Notes under the pieces: generated by a model
The model's database searches: none
What the model saw: the letters and a program-made list of their open reading frames with translations, nothing else
What the model was told of the DNA's origin: nothing
Source: Candidatus Oxydemutatoraceae bacterium
Lineage (GTDB): Bacteria > Pseudomonadota > Gammaproteobacteria > Poriferisulfidales > Oxydemutatoraceae
Direction of reading: 5' to 3'
NCBI GenBank assembly: GCA_965220085.1
Contig: CBDCOZ010000002.1
Span: 64,001 to 128,000, forward strand
Length of the DNA stretch: 64,000 bases
Part shown: positions 29,823 to 39,896 of the stretch, piece after piece
How the letters are laid out: each line of letters starts with the position of its first letter
How positions within the stretch are numbered: the stretch's first letter is position 1
Position numbers and translations under genes: made by a program

Positions 29823-31829
29823 CTACTTGTTGCCGCCCTTCTTGTCCTCGCTACGGCGGTCAAGCGTTTCCGCGACTGCTTGAACAACGCTCGCGGGTTG
29901 CTCTTTGGATGTGCCTAGAATCAAGGCCGGTGTGCCGCTGTGTGTGTGGTGGTCAAACAGGCGTAGCAACGCTTGATTGTTTTCGCCTCCCCTACGCCCG
30001 TAGTGTTCAGTCAAAATAGTCAACGCCCGTTTGGAGCGGATATCCTCACGCAGTGCCAGAGCACGAGCTTTGTCTTTGTCCGCCGAACGCACCCGAAGAT
30101 AAAGCGGCACCAGCGCCAAAGTGACCACTGTGATAAAGGGGAGAATATCGTAGGGCTCACAGGAGGGCTCACAGGATTTTATTTCAATCAACCCAAAGAC
30201 ATAAAATGCTACTACTAAACCATAAAAAAGTATGGATGTGCGCATTAAAACCTTGAGAGATTGGGAATGATGCTCATCTTTTGATTTATAGTCTGCTTCC
30301 ATCTCTTTCATAGTGGCATCGTAATCCAGCGCTTCATCTATAGTTTCTTTTGTGTCTTGCAATTTGGCTTGCAATTCTTTGTCAAACTTCTGTTGTTGAT
30401 CTCCCAGTTGTTCTTCATATTTTTGCGTTATTTTTTCCTGCTCAAATAGTGCCCGTGATGCCATCCGCCTGCTGTGCGCTTCGGCAAGGTTCGGGTTCAA
30501 TCTTATGGCTTTGTCATAGTCTTGGATGGCTTCTTGGTATTGTTCTAGGGCGGTTTTGATGATGCCTCTGTTGTTATAAGCATCGGCATTTTCTGGGTCC
30601 AGTTTTATGGCTTCATCGTAGTCTTGGATAGCCTCTTGGTATTGTCTTAGCTTAGCTTTGGCGAGGCCTCTGTTGCTGTAAGCCATGGCAAATTTCGGGT
30701 TCAGTTTTATGGCTTTATCGTAGTCTTGGATAGCCTCTTGGTATTGTTTTAGATTAGCCTTGGTATTGCCCCTGCCACTGTAAGCCATGGCATCTTTCGG
30801 GTTGAGTTCTATGGCCTTATCGTAGTCTTGGATAGCCTCTTGGTATTGCGTTAGCTTAGCTTTGATGGTGCCTCTGCTGTAGTAGGCGCCGGCATATTCC
30901 GGATTAAGTTCTATGGCTTTATTGCAGTCTTGGATAGCTTCTTGATATTGCGTTAGCTCAGCTTTAGCGCCCCCTCTGTTGACGTAAGCTTCGGCGAGTT
31001 CCGGGTCAAGCTCTATGACCTTATCGTAGTCTCGGATGGCTTCTTGGTATTGTTGTATCTCCGCTTTGGCGTTGCCTCTGCCGAAGTAAGCCTCGGCAAA
31101 TTCCGGACTCAGTTCTATGGCTTTATCGTAGTCTTGGACGGCTCCTAGGTGCTGGCTTAGCGCAGCTTTTGCGACACCCCTGTTGTAGTAAGCATCGGCA
31201 TTTTCCGGCTTAAGTTCTATGGCTTTATCGTAGTCTTGGATGGCTTCTTGGTATTGCTCTAGCGCGGCTTTGGCGTTGCCTCTGTTGTAGTAAGCGCCGG
31301 CATATTCCGGGTTGAGATTTAGGGTCTTATCGTAGTCTTGGATGGCATCTTGGTATTGCTCTAGTCCAGCTTTGGCGTTACCTCTGTTGTTGTAAGCAGC
31401 GGCATCTTCTGGATTAATCTCTATAGCCTTATTGTGGTCTTGGATGGCTTCCTGGTATTGCTCTAGCTTAACTTTGGCGTTACCTCTGTTGGTGTAAGCC
31501 ATGGCATATTCTGGGTTGAGCTCTATGGCCTTATCGCAGTCTTGAATGGCATCTTGGTACTGCTCTAACTTGCCTTTGGCAACACCTTTGCTGTTGTAAT
31601 ACATGGCATCTTTTGGGTTGATCTCTATGGCTTTATCGTAGTCTTTGATGGCTTCTTGGTGCTGTTGTAGCTCATCTTTGATGAGGCCCCTGTTGTAGTA
31701 AGCATCGGCATATTCTGGGTTAAGTTCTATGGCTTTGCTAAAAAGCTCTATGGCTTCTTGATACTGTCCTGCTTCGTAGGCAACGTATCCTTTCTTAAAA
31801 AAATCTTGGCTTGTTTTGTCGTTGGTCAT
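29823..31829 (-). CDS. TPR-coiled-coil-2TM protein (~13 TPRs)
   Basis: Regular 34-aa TPRs and the conserved family tail. Confidence 0.92.
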   Translation of the reverse strand: MTNDKTSQDFFKKGYVAYEAGQYQEAIELFSKAIELNPEYADAYYNRGLIKDELQQHQEAIKDYDKAIEINPKDAMYYNSKGVAKGKLEQYQDAIQDCDKAIELNPEYAMAYTNRGNAKVKLEQYQEAIQDHNKAIEINPEDAAAYNNRGNAKAGLEQYQDAIQDYDKTLNLNPEYAGAYYNRGNAKAALEQYQEAIQDYDKAIELKPENADAYYNRGVAKAALSQHLGAVQDYDKAIELSPEFAEAYFGRGNAKAEIQQYQEAIRDYDKVIELDPELAEAYVNRGGAKAELTQYQEAIQDCNKAIELNPEYAGAYYSRGTIKAKLTQYQEAIQDYDKAIELNPKDAMAYSGRGNTKANLKQYQEAIQDYDKAIKLNPKFAMAYSNRGLAKAKLRQYQEAIQDYDEAIKLDPENADAYNNRGIIKTALEQYQEAIQDYDKAIRLNPNLAEAHSRRMASRALFEQEKITQKYEEQLGDQQQKFDKELQAKLQDTKETIDEALDYDATMKEMEADYKSKDEHHSQSLKVLMRTSILFYGLVVAFYVFGLIEIKSCEPSCEPYDILPFITVVTLALVPLYLRVRSADKDKARALALREDIRSKRALTILTEHYGRRGGENNQALLRLFDHHTHSGTPALILGTSKEQPASVVQAVAETLDRRSEDKKGGNK

Positions 31830-31945
31830 TTGAATACCCTCTCAGGTTAGCAGGTGCTACCGGCGGCCAGCATAGCACGTTTGTAGCACGATAGTATGGT
31901 GGCAATTGTACCACCTGCAATGTGCCCATCGCGACCGCCTACGCC

Positions 31946-31990
31946 CATCCGGACATCGTGATGAAGAACGGAATCGCTGTGCTTTCGCGA
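31946..31990 (+). pseudogene. Short mutM-derived remnant
   Basis: catccggacatcgtgatgaagaacggaatcgctgtgctttcgcgac. Confidence 0.7.
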
Positions 31991-32045
31991 CGAAAAATAA
32001 GACATATAGCTGGGGTGACTCGCTTAGTCGCACAAGTGAACTCCG

Positions 32046-33338
32046 CTACTTGCTATCGCCCTTCTTGTCCTCGCTACGGCGGTCAAGCGTTTCCGCTACC
32101 GCTTGAACAACGCTGGTGGGTTGCTCTTTGGATGTGCCCAGAATCAAGGCCGCTGTGCTACTGTGTGTGTGGTGGTCAAACAGGCGTAGCAATGCTTGGT
32201 TGCTTTCGCCCGCACTACGCTCGTAGTATTTAGTCAAAATGGTCAAAGCCCGCTTGGAGCGAATATCCTCGCGCAGTGCCAGAGCACGAGCTTTATCTCT
32301 GTCTGCGGAACGCACCCACAGATAAAAAGGCACCAGTATCAAAGTAGCCATTGTGATAAAGGGGAGGATGATACTATAGGAGTCGGTGGGGGTTACAAGC
32401 TTGTCAATTGCAATCATTTCATAGCCTAGGTATGCCACTACCCCATAGGTAGCAAGAGACATGAAAATGGAGAGTGCAAGAACCGCAAGATACCCCCGAC
32501 TTTTATTTTTATAGTCTCTTTCCATCTCTTCCAGAGTATCCTCATAATGTAGTAGCTCCTTAAAATTTTCTTCTTTATCTAATAATCTAGCTTGCAGCTC
32601 TTTGTCAAACTCCTCCTGTTGCTCCTCCAGCTGCTTTTCATATTTTTGCGTTATTTTTTTCTGCTCAAATAGTGCCCGTGATGCCATCCGCCTGCTGTGC
32701 GCTTCGGCAAGGTTCGGGTTCAGTTCTATGGCTTTGTCATAATCTTGGATGGCTTCTTGGTATTGGTTTAGGGCGGTTTTGATGATGCCTCTGTTGCCGT
32801 AAGCTTCGGCATTTTCTGGGTTCAGTTTTATGGCCTCATCGTAGTCTTGGATAGCCTCTCGGTATTGTTTTAGCTTAGCTTTGGCGAGGCCTCTGTTGCT
32901 GTAAGCACCGGCAAATTTCGGGTTCAGTTTTATGGCTTCATCGTAGTCTTGAATGGCTTCTTGGTATTGCTCTAGCTTATCTTTGCTAGTGCCTCTGTTG
33001 TTATAAGCCTTGGCATCTTCCGGGATGAGCTCTATGGTTTTATCGTAGTCTTGAATGGCTTCTTGGTATTGCTCCAGCCCGGCTTTGGCGAGGCCTCTGT
33101 TGCCGTAAGCTTCGGCATATTCCGGCTTAAGTTCTATGGCTTTATCGTAGTCTTGGATGGCTTCTTGGTATTGGTTTAGGTTAGCTTTGGCAACGCCTCT
33201 GTTGTTGTAAGCCTCGGCGAATTCTGGATCAAACTCTATGACCTTGCTAAAAAGCTCTATGGCTTCTTGATATTGTCCTGCGTCGTAGGCGACGCGTCCT
33301 CCCTCAAAAAAATCTTGGCTTGTTTCGTCGTCGCCCAT
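32046..33338 (-). CDS. TPR-coiled-coil-2TM protein (~6 TPRs)
   Basis: Paralog of 29823-31829 with a different first TM segment and loop. Confidence 0.92.
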   Translation of the reverse strand: MGDDETSQDFFEGGRVAYDAGQYQEAIELFSKVIEFDPEFAEAYNNRGVAKANLNQYQEAIQDYDKAIELKPEYAEAYGNRGLAKAGLEQYQEAIQDYDKTIELIPEDAKAYNNRGTSKDKLEQYQEAIQDYDEAIKLNPKFAGAYSNRGLAKAKLKQYREAIQDYDEAIKLNPENAEAYGNRGIIKTALNQYQEAIQDYDKAIELNPNLAEAHSRRMASRALFEQKKITQKYEKQLEEQQEEFDKELQARLLDKEENFKELLHYEDTLEEMERDYKNKSRGYLAVLALSIFMSLATYGVVAYLGYEMIAIDKLVTPTDSYSIILPFITMATLILVPFYLWVRSADRDKARALALREDIRSKRALTILTKYYERSAGESNQALLRLFDHHTHSSTAALILGTSKEQPTSVVQAVAETLDRRSEDKKGDSK

Positions 33339-33482
33339 TTGAATGTCCTCTCAGGTTAGCAGGTGTTGCCAGTGGCAACTAGGCAACACGATAGTATGGT
33401 GGCATTGTACCACCCGCAACATGCCCGCCGCGACCACCGCAAGCAAACACAAGCAACCCGCGTGCTTGAAAATAAATAAGCA

Positions 33483-33547
33483 CCGCAATGCGCCCACCGC
33501 GCACCCACCCGCAATGCGCCCGCCGCGCACCCACCCGCAATGCGTCA
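33483..33547. repeat. ~26 bp tandem repeat (2.5 copies)
   Basis: ccgcaatgcgccc(a/g)ccgcgcaccca repeated. Confidence 0.75.
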
Positions 33548-33708
33548 GGCCGCAACGTGCTTCCCGCAATGCCAAGCCCATTCCGAACCCTGCGCCCGCC
33601 GAAATGCCTTTGCGTATGCGGGCAACGCCAGCGTTATCGCGGCCTTTCTGAAAAGCGGCGGGCTTTCCTATATAATCGGGTCTTTATATGCGTAAGCAGG
33701 CACAAGCA

Positions 33709-35013
33709 ATGAACAGAGTCGTCTTATTTTTAGGTTGCATGGCGGTTTCGGTCGTTACCGCCGTTGTCTTTTTGTCAAAGGAATCGCACACGGTGCGCGC
33801 CAACGAAGCGGGCGGGTTGCCGTTGAAGGAGTTGCGGATGTTTAGCGACATCTACGCGCGGGTCAAACACAGTTATGTCGATGAGGTGGAAGACGAGGAA
33901 TTGATACGGGGCGCGATTGACGGGATGTTGGCGACGCTGGATCCCTACTCGGTGTACCTGAAGAAGCAGGCGCACGAGAATCTGCGGATTGGCACGACCG
34001 GCAAGTTCGGCGGGCTTGGCATCGTGGTGGATACCAAAGACGATTTCATCGAGGTCGTCTCGCCGATAGACGACACGCCGGCGAGCCGCGCCGGTCTGGA
34101 GGCGGGCGATATGATTGTGCGCATTGATGAGACGGTGACGAAGGGGATGGAGTTGTCCGAGGCGGTCGATATGATGCGCGGGGTGATTGGCACCAAAGTC
34201 AAGTTGCTGATAAGGCGCGAGGGCCTTGAGCAGCCGTTTGAGGCGGAACTGACGCGGGCGGAGATTAAGGTCAAGAGCGCGCGCGGGGTGTTGCTTGAGC
34301 CGGGCTATGGCTATGTGCGCCTCACGCGTTTTCAAACCAACACGAGCGCCGATATGGGAGCGCTGATTGCGAAGCTGACGAAGGAGAACAAGCAACCCCT
34401 GCAGGGGCTGATTCTGGATTTGCGCAACAACCCGGGCGGCTTGCTGGCCGCTGCGGTGCAAGTGGTGGATTATTTTGTCGGCAAAGGCGAGTTGGTGGTT
34501 TATACCAAAGGGCGGCGCGCGGACAGCATGCACGAGTATAAGTCGGCATCGCCGGATGCGTCCGGCGGGGTGCCGTTGGTCGTGCTGATAAACACCGGCT
34601 CGGCATCGGCGTCGGAGATTGTCTCGGGGGCGTTGCAGGATTTGCATCGCGCGACCGTGATGGGCGAGAAGTCTTACGGCAAGGGGTCGGTGCAGACGGT
34701 TCATCCGTTGCAGGATGAGACCGCGCTGAAGCTGACGACGGCGAAGTACTACACCCCCGCCGGCAAAGTGATACACGACAATGGCGTATCGCCCAATGTC
34801 GAGTCGGAGTTTGAGGAATTGAGCGACGAGGATGTGGCCGCGCGCAAGGAACTCAATATCTATAAGGATATGCTGAAGTGGCTTTCTTATGACTCGCAGG
34901 TGAAAACCGCTTTGATCAAACTGAAAGAGTTGGCGATGGGTACGGTGCCGCCTCAGCCGCCGGCAGCGCAACCGGCACAGCCGAACCAAGCGCCACCGCC
35001 GCCCGCGCCCTGA
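33709..35013 (+). CDS. ctpA: Carboxyl-terminal processing protease (S41A, PDZ)
   Basis: LDPYSVYL, GKFGGLGI, DLRNNPGGLL, SASASEIV.GALQD, KSYGKGSVQ and TTAKYYTP. Start 33688 or 33709. Confidence 0.93.
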   Translation: MNRVVLFLGCMAVSVVTAVVFLSKESHTVRANEAGGLPLKELRMFSDIYARVKHSYVDEVEDEELIRGAIDGMLATLDPYSVYLKKQAHENLRIGTTGKFGGLGIVVDTKDDFIEVVSPIDDTPASRAGLEAGDMIVRIDETVTKGMELSEAVDMMRGVIGTKVKLLIRREGLEQPFEAELTRAEIKVKSARGVLLEPGYGYVRLTRFQTNTSADMGALIAKLTKENKQPLQGLILDLRNNPGGLLAAAVQVVDYFVGKGELVVYTKGRRADSMHEYKSASPDASGGVPLVVLINTGSASASEIVSGALQDLHRATVMGEKSYGKGSVQTVHPLQDETALKLTTAKYYTPAGKVIHDNGVSPNVESEFEELSDEDVAARKELNIYKDMLKWLSYDSQVKTALIKLKELAMGTVPPQPPAAQPAQPNQAPPPPAP

Positions 35014-35185
35014 CCGCCAACCGCGCCTGACCGCAAATCGCGCCGTAATTATCCGGCTTGCGCTGACTGCACTCCCCCTTGCGCTAACTATTGCTCCCCC
35101 TTGCGGGGGAGCCGGCGTAGCTTCTTCTCTGCCCAGACAATAAAAGTTACGCAACCTTGCGAGAGCAGGGCCGGGCAGAAAAAGT

Positions 35186-36790
35186 TTATTCCTCGTTCTT
35201 CGCCTGTTTTTTCCGGATTTTCTCCATGAGAAGTTTGGCTTCCGCTTGTGCTGTCGCCAAGTCGTTAGCAGACAATAATCTGGCATCATCATCTCGGTAT
35301 TTCACTGATTGCTCGTACCCGTTCCCCGCCGCAATAGAATGCCAGATATATGCCTCCCGGTGGTTTTGCGCAACGCCCTTTCCGTTGTGATACATCACGC
35401 CGAGATTAAATTGCGCCTTGGCGTATCCCTGATTGGCGGCAAGTCGAAACCACTTCCCCGCTTCTACAGAATCTTGTTTAACGCCCTGCCCGTTGTGATA
35501 CATCAAGCCAAGGTTATATTGCGCAATGGCGTATTCTTGTTGGGCAGCGCGCCGATACCATCTCTCTGCTTCTGCATAATCCTGCTTAATGCCTCTGCCA
35601 TTGTAATACGTTGAACCGAGATTGTTTTGTGCGCTGGCGACTCCTTGTTCGGCGGCATGTTGAAACCACTTCCCTGCTTCTGCGTAATCTTGTTTAACGC
35701 CTATGCCATTGGCATACATCACGCCAAGATTATGTTGCGCAATGGCATATTCTTGTTGGGCAGCGCACCGATACCATTTCTCTGCTTCTGCATAATCCTG
35801 CTGAATGCCTTGCCCGCTTCCATACATCAAGCCAAGATTAAATTGCGCTCTGGCGTCTCCCTGATTGGCAGCGCACTGAAGCCACTTTACCGCTTTTGCA
35901 TAATCCTGCTTAACGCCCCGACCATAGTAATACATTATGCCAAGACCAAATTGCGCCTTGGCGTCTTCCCGTTCGGCGGCAAGTTGAAACCACTTTGCCG
36001 CTTCTGCATAGTCCTGCTGAATGTCCCGACCGTAGTAATACATCATGCCAAGATTAAATTGCGCTTTGGCATGCCCCCGATTGGCAGCGTACTGAAACCA
36101 CTTTGCCGCTTCTGCATAATCCTGCTGAATGCCCCGACCATAGTAATACATCTCGCCAAGATTAAATTGTGCTTTGATATCCTTCGCCTTCTCCTTTTCT
36201 TCGGTCTCGGCGAAAGTGTTATCTGCCGAGGGCGTCTCAGTTGTGGATTTCACTCCGCCATTCTCTTTACTGGCGGCAGCCGCATCAGGCGCCAAATCTT
36301 TTGCGGTTGATTCTTCATCCGCTTTCCCCTTCTTAAGGGAGGTGGTGGCCGCAGGTTCCCGTTCCGACGTAGAGTCTTGCGGGTAGATCTCTATGCCTTC
36401 ACCTCCAATTTTCTTCACTCGGCTGGTGAGCTCGCTTATTTCCGGCTCCAAATCTTTTGCGGTTAATCCTTCATCTACTTTCCCCTTCTTAAGGGAGGTG
36501 GTTGCCGCAGGTTCTGATTCCGACGCGGGTTGTTGCTTGTAGAGTTTTAGGCCTGCGATGCTCTTCAGCCGGTTGATGCTCTCGCTTATTTCCTCGGAGA
36601 ATTTGTTTACGAACCAGACGAATGCCCCGACAATTATGCCGACGTAAACAACGGTTGGAGACATAATGGAGTTCACCAGTTTGAGGAATGTATCTTGGAT
36701 TCCGATGACGTCGGCGAGCCAAAGAGAAAGGAAAGCGATGCCGACAAAAACAGCGACGAAAATAATGGCAGTGATAATTTTTTTGCGCAT
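35186..36790 (-). CDS. Sel1-like repeat protein with N-terminal 2TM anchor
   Basis: ~8 SLRs (AQFNLG.MY..G.G..QDY.EA.KW); the linker has an in-frame duplication (EPAATTSLKKGK twice). Confidence 0.92.
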   Translation of the reverse strand: MRKKIITAIIFVAVFVGIAFLSLWLADVIGIQDTFLKLVNSIMSPTVVYVGIIVGAFVWFVNKFSEEISESINRLKSIAGLKLYKQQPASESEPAATTSLKKGKVDEGLTAKDLEPEISELTSRVKKIGGEGIEIYPQDSTSEREPAATTSLKKGKADEESTAKDLAPDAAAASKENGGVKSTTETPSADNTFAETEEKEKAKDIKAQFNLGEMYYYGRGIQQDYAEAAKWFQYAANRGHAKAQFNLGMMYYYGRDIQQDYAEAAKWFQLAAEREDAKAQFGLGIMYYYGRGVKQDYAKAVKWLQCAANQGDARAQFNLGLMYGSGQGIQQDYAEAEKWYRCAAQQEYAIAQHNLGVMYANGIGVKQDYAEAGKWFQHAAEQGVASAQNNLGSTYYNGRGIKQDYAEAERWYRRAAQQEYAIAQYNLGLMYHNGQGVKQDSVEAGKWFRLAANQGYAKAQFNLGVMYHNGKGVAQNHREAYIWHSIAAGNGYEQSVKYRDDDARLLSANDLATAQAEAKLLMEKIRKKQAKNEE

Positions 36791-36825
36791 TGGTTTTTTT
36801 CTCTGACAGGATTCTATCACCTTTC

Positions 36826-36985
36826 CGTGGCGCACCCCCTCACCGACTCGCTGCGCTCGCCGACTCTCCCACGAGGGGAGAGTAAGCATGTCCTGCGCAA
36901 TCCGTAGCGCACCCCCTCACCGACTCGCTGCGCTCGCCGACTCCCCCACGAGGGGAGAGTAAGCATGTCCTGCGCAATCCGCTGC
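36826..36985. repeat. Two 77-bp BoxC-like palindromic repeats
   Basis: cgcaccccctcaccgactcgctgcgctcgccgactc(t/c)cccacgaggggagagtaagc, the same unit as the 48341 array. Confidence 0.85.
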
Positions 36986-36995
36986 GAGCGTTGAG

Positions 36996-39896
36996 TCATC
37001 CGTTTAAGCAGTCTTGGACGATGCTTGCCAGTTGCTGGTTATTGATGCGGGTCTGATAGCGTATGTCAACGTCAATGCCATCCCGACTCAAGGTGTCTTG
37101 CAATGCATCAAAGAATTTCTCAGCATACTTAATCTTGTTGCGTTCTGCTTCGGGTATGTTGGTTTCATACCGATGCCCTTTGGTTTCCACAACCAGAAAG
37201 AGCGTTTTGCCGTCTTCTTTTTCAATGAGGTAGGCGAAGTCGGGATTATAGGTTTTGTAGGGTGTCGGAATATTGATGCGCGGCAACTTGGCGAAGACGG
37301 TAATGCGGTTTCCGTCTATCTGTGCGGGGTCATTCCGGATGCTTTCTTTTTCTATGTTGGAATCATATACGACGGTATCGTACAAGAATTCTTCTCGCGG
37401 CTCATTACTGTCATCATAGAATTGTCCCAACAGGCTGCGCTTCAGTTCGGGTATCAGATTGCCGTCACTATCCTGCAATGAATTGGCAAGAACGGTGGTC
37501 CCCGTGAAACGATAGTTGACACTGCGGAGGATGCTCTTGTGTATCTCATCCTTCGCCAGACGAACCAGCAAAGTATGGGCCTTCTGCGGATTATTGACAA
37601 AATGTTGCCTTTTCAGTTTGCAGAACAGCCGCGCCACAAAATGCAACGGCAGGCATTCTTGCGTCGCCAGGGTATGCATAAATTCGGACAGTCCGTGTTT
37701 GGAAAAGTATCGGTCTGTTGCGTAGGCTCCGGAAGTTTCATCTTGAACGGATACCACATTCTGTCGGGTATCCAATCTCTTTCTGTCAACATATGATGTC
37801 GATGGTTCTATGTCGGCGGCATTAAACTGGTCACTGATGCTTTCTATCAGGCTTGCTTCGCATATTTCACCGTAGGTAATTTTGGCTTGGCGGTTGATGG
37901 TCTCCCAAAGGGCCCGGAACTTCTGCCATTGATTCTTTCGCACCCGCAGTGTCTTGGGGCGACGGTTTTTGTCAAGTATGTGGGTCTTGCTGTTGACGGC
38001 GAACACTTGCTTTGCAAAAGCCATGCGTTCGTCGGTCAGGACGCCGAACTTGTCGGGGTTGTTTTCTATGAAAGGCAATATCGGACTGCAAACTTTATAC
38101 GTGTCGCGTTTTTCGTCATGAGCAATGACTCCGCCGGTATCCAAGGCGACCATGATGTAATTGGCTTCTTGCTGGTTGAATCCTTTTCCCTTCAGTATCT
38201 CGTTATCTATTTCATCGCCAACTACCGACAAACTGGCTTCTTCCACTTCCTTTTGAATGCTATAGATAAACCCCTGCTCCTGTTGCGACACCACCATATC
38301 CAGCGCATTGATGCCGTAGAATTTTTCGACGTCTTCTCCCAAGTATTTGTGCGTCAGCCGCTTGCCGGCCTGATTGACGGCGATGCGCAATCCGCGACCG
38401 ACCTGCTGGCGACAACTGGTTTCATGTCCTGTGCTGGCTAACTTGCATATCGTGAAGACATTGGGGCTGTCCCAGCCTTCTTGCAATGCCCAGACCGAGA
38501 AGATGAAGCGCAACGGCTCATCCAGCGACAGCAGCCGTTCCTTGTCGTTGAGAATCAGTCGCACGCCTTCGCGCTCCTGCTGTTCTTTTGTCCCCTTGTC
38601 GCCGGAGAAGTAGCCGTTGTGCACGCATAATTCGCCGGCTTCAAAATCGCGATCCAGATAGCGGCGGTAGTTTTCGTTGTCGGTGTTGTCGTAGTATCGC
38701 TTCCGCAGCGTTCTGTATTCCTCTTCAAAGATGCGCTTGATAAGGGGGCTGTCGCCGCGAAAGTCATGAATGCCGGGAATAAAAAACAGCGCGAGCGCTT
38801 TTATGTTTTGCTCAAACAGGCCTTCCTCTTTTTCAAAGTGTCTCTGTATCGTGTGTCGTATCATCTGCCTCAGTTCGACTTCGCTCAGTTGGTAGTTGCC
38901 GGGTTGCGCTTGCAATATTTCCCCGTTGCTCAGAGCCACTTTGTCTTTGGTTATGCGAGTTACGCTGTGGCCTCCGTATTTCTGTATGTCGGTTTTTGCC
39001 CCCAAGTCATCCCCCACGCGCACTCTGGTTCTGTGCGGTTGCTCGTTGATCTGATACTCCACTTCGCAAAACTTCCTCCGCGGTTCGGTGCGTTTGACTG
39101 CCAACCCGCCTTCCTCTGCGCGCGCATAAATGGTATGTACGCCTATTTGCTTCACCAGATATTGATTGAACGCGCTGATGCTATCCAGCGCATAAACCAA
39201 GTTGGACAACTTGCTGTCTTCGTCTTTGGGGTATGTGGCTCCGAATCTCAGGCGCAAGCAGTCTCCCAGTTTGTCCAGCCCGCGCTTTGTTTCCGTGCCC
39301 TTAAGCAGATGCGGTTCGTCTATGATGATCACCGGCTTTTGAGCGGCGATGCCTTCCCAAGCGCTGCCAAATTGAAACAGCCCTTCGGTTTTTCGGTTGA
39401 TACGGTTGTCCTGCGAATTGAAAGCGCTGTTGGTAGTTATCAACACGCACAAATCGTTGCCGGCTATGAAATCATAATGCACGGTTCTCAAATCTTTGCC
39501 GGGATAGTCGATATAGCGAATGTGTTGTCCGTACAGGTTGTAAAAATACTCATCCGTCAGCCGTATGTTTTGGATGACACCCTGCTTGATAGCGGCGCGT
39601 GGCAGCACGATGATAAATTTTTTCTGGTTGAATCGCCGATGCAGTTCCAAAATGGTTTGCAGGTAGGCAAAGGTCTTGCCGGTCCCGGTCTCCATCAACA
39701 CATCCAAGCGCGGCTGGGGCGCCACGGGATACATTGACAGCGCGCCGGTACCGGTGTCGCCAAGGCGCTCTAAGTTCCGCACAAGATTCTCTGTGTTTAC
39801 GGCGCCGAGGTTGATGCCATCCAGCGCCGCCGCGATGTTGTCTATGCAGTCTTGCTGGTATTGTTGCTTCTCAAATAGCAAGCGCGCCTCCGTCAA
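36996..39896 (-). CDS. res: Type III restriction enzyme Res subunit
   Basis: METGTGKT, IIIDEPH, ALQEGWDSPNVF, QQVGRGLR and YNPDFAY..VVETKG. TTG start overlaps the mod stop. Confidence 0.93.
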   Translation of the reverse strand: MTEARLLFEKQQYQQDCIDNIAAALDGINLGAVNTENLVRNLERLGDTGTGALSMYPVAPQPRLDVLMETGTGKTFAYLQTILELHRRFNQKKFIIVLPRAAIKQGVIQNIRLTDEYFYNLYGQHIRYIDYPGKDLRTVHYDFIAGNDLCVLITTNSAFNSQDNRINRKTEGLFQFGSAWEGIAAQKPVIIIDEPHLLKGTETKRGLDKLGDCLRLRFGATYPKDEDSKLSNLVYALDSISAFNQYLVKQIGVHTIYARAEEGGLAVKRTEPRRKFCEVEYQINEQPHRTRVRVGDDLGAKTDIQKYGGHSVTRITKDKVALSNGEILQAQPGNYQLSEVELRQMIRHTIQRHFEKEEGLFEQNIKALALFFIPGIHDFRGDSPLIKRIFEEEYRTLRKRYYDNTDNENYRRYLDRDFEAGELCVHNGYFSGDKGTKEQQEREGVRLILNDKERLLSLDEPLRFIFSVWALQEGWDSPNVFTICKLASTGHETSCRQQVGRGLRIAVNQAGKRLTHKYLGEDVEKFYGINALDMVVSQQEQGFIYSIQKEVEEASLSVVGDEIDNEILKGKGFNQQEANYIMVALDTGGVIAHDEKRDTYKVCSPILPFIENNPDKFGVLTDERMAFAKQVFAVNSKTHILDKNRRPKTLRVRKNQWQKFRALWETINRQAKITYGEICEASLIESISDQFNAADIEPSTSYVDRKRLDTRQNVVSVQDETSGAYATDRYFSKHGLSEFMHTLATQECLPLHFVARLFCKLKRQHFVNNPQKAHTLLVRLAKDEIHKSILRSVNYRFTGTTVLANSLQDSDGNLIPELKRSLLGQFYDDSNEPREEFLYDTVVYDSNIEKESIRNDPAQIDGNRITVFAKLPRINIPTPYKTYNPDFAYLIEKEDGKTLFLVVETKGHRYETNIPEAERNKIKYAEKFFDALQDTLSRDGIDVDIRYQTRINNQQLASIVQDCLNG

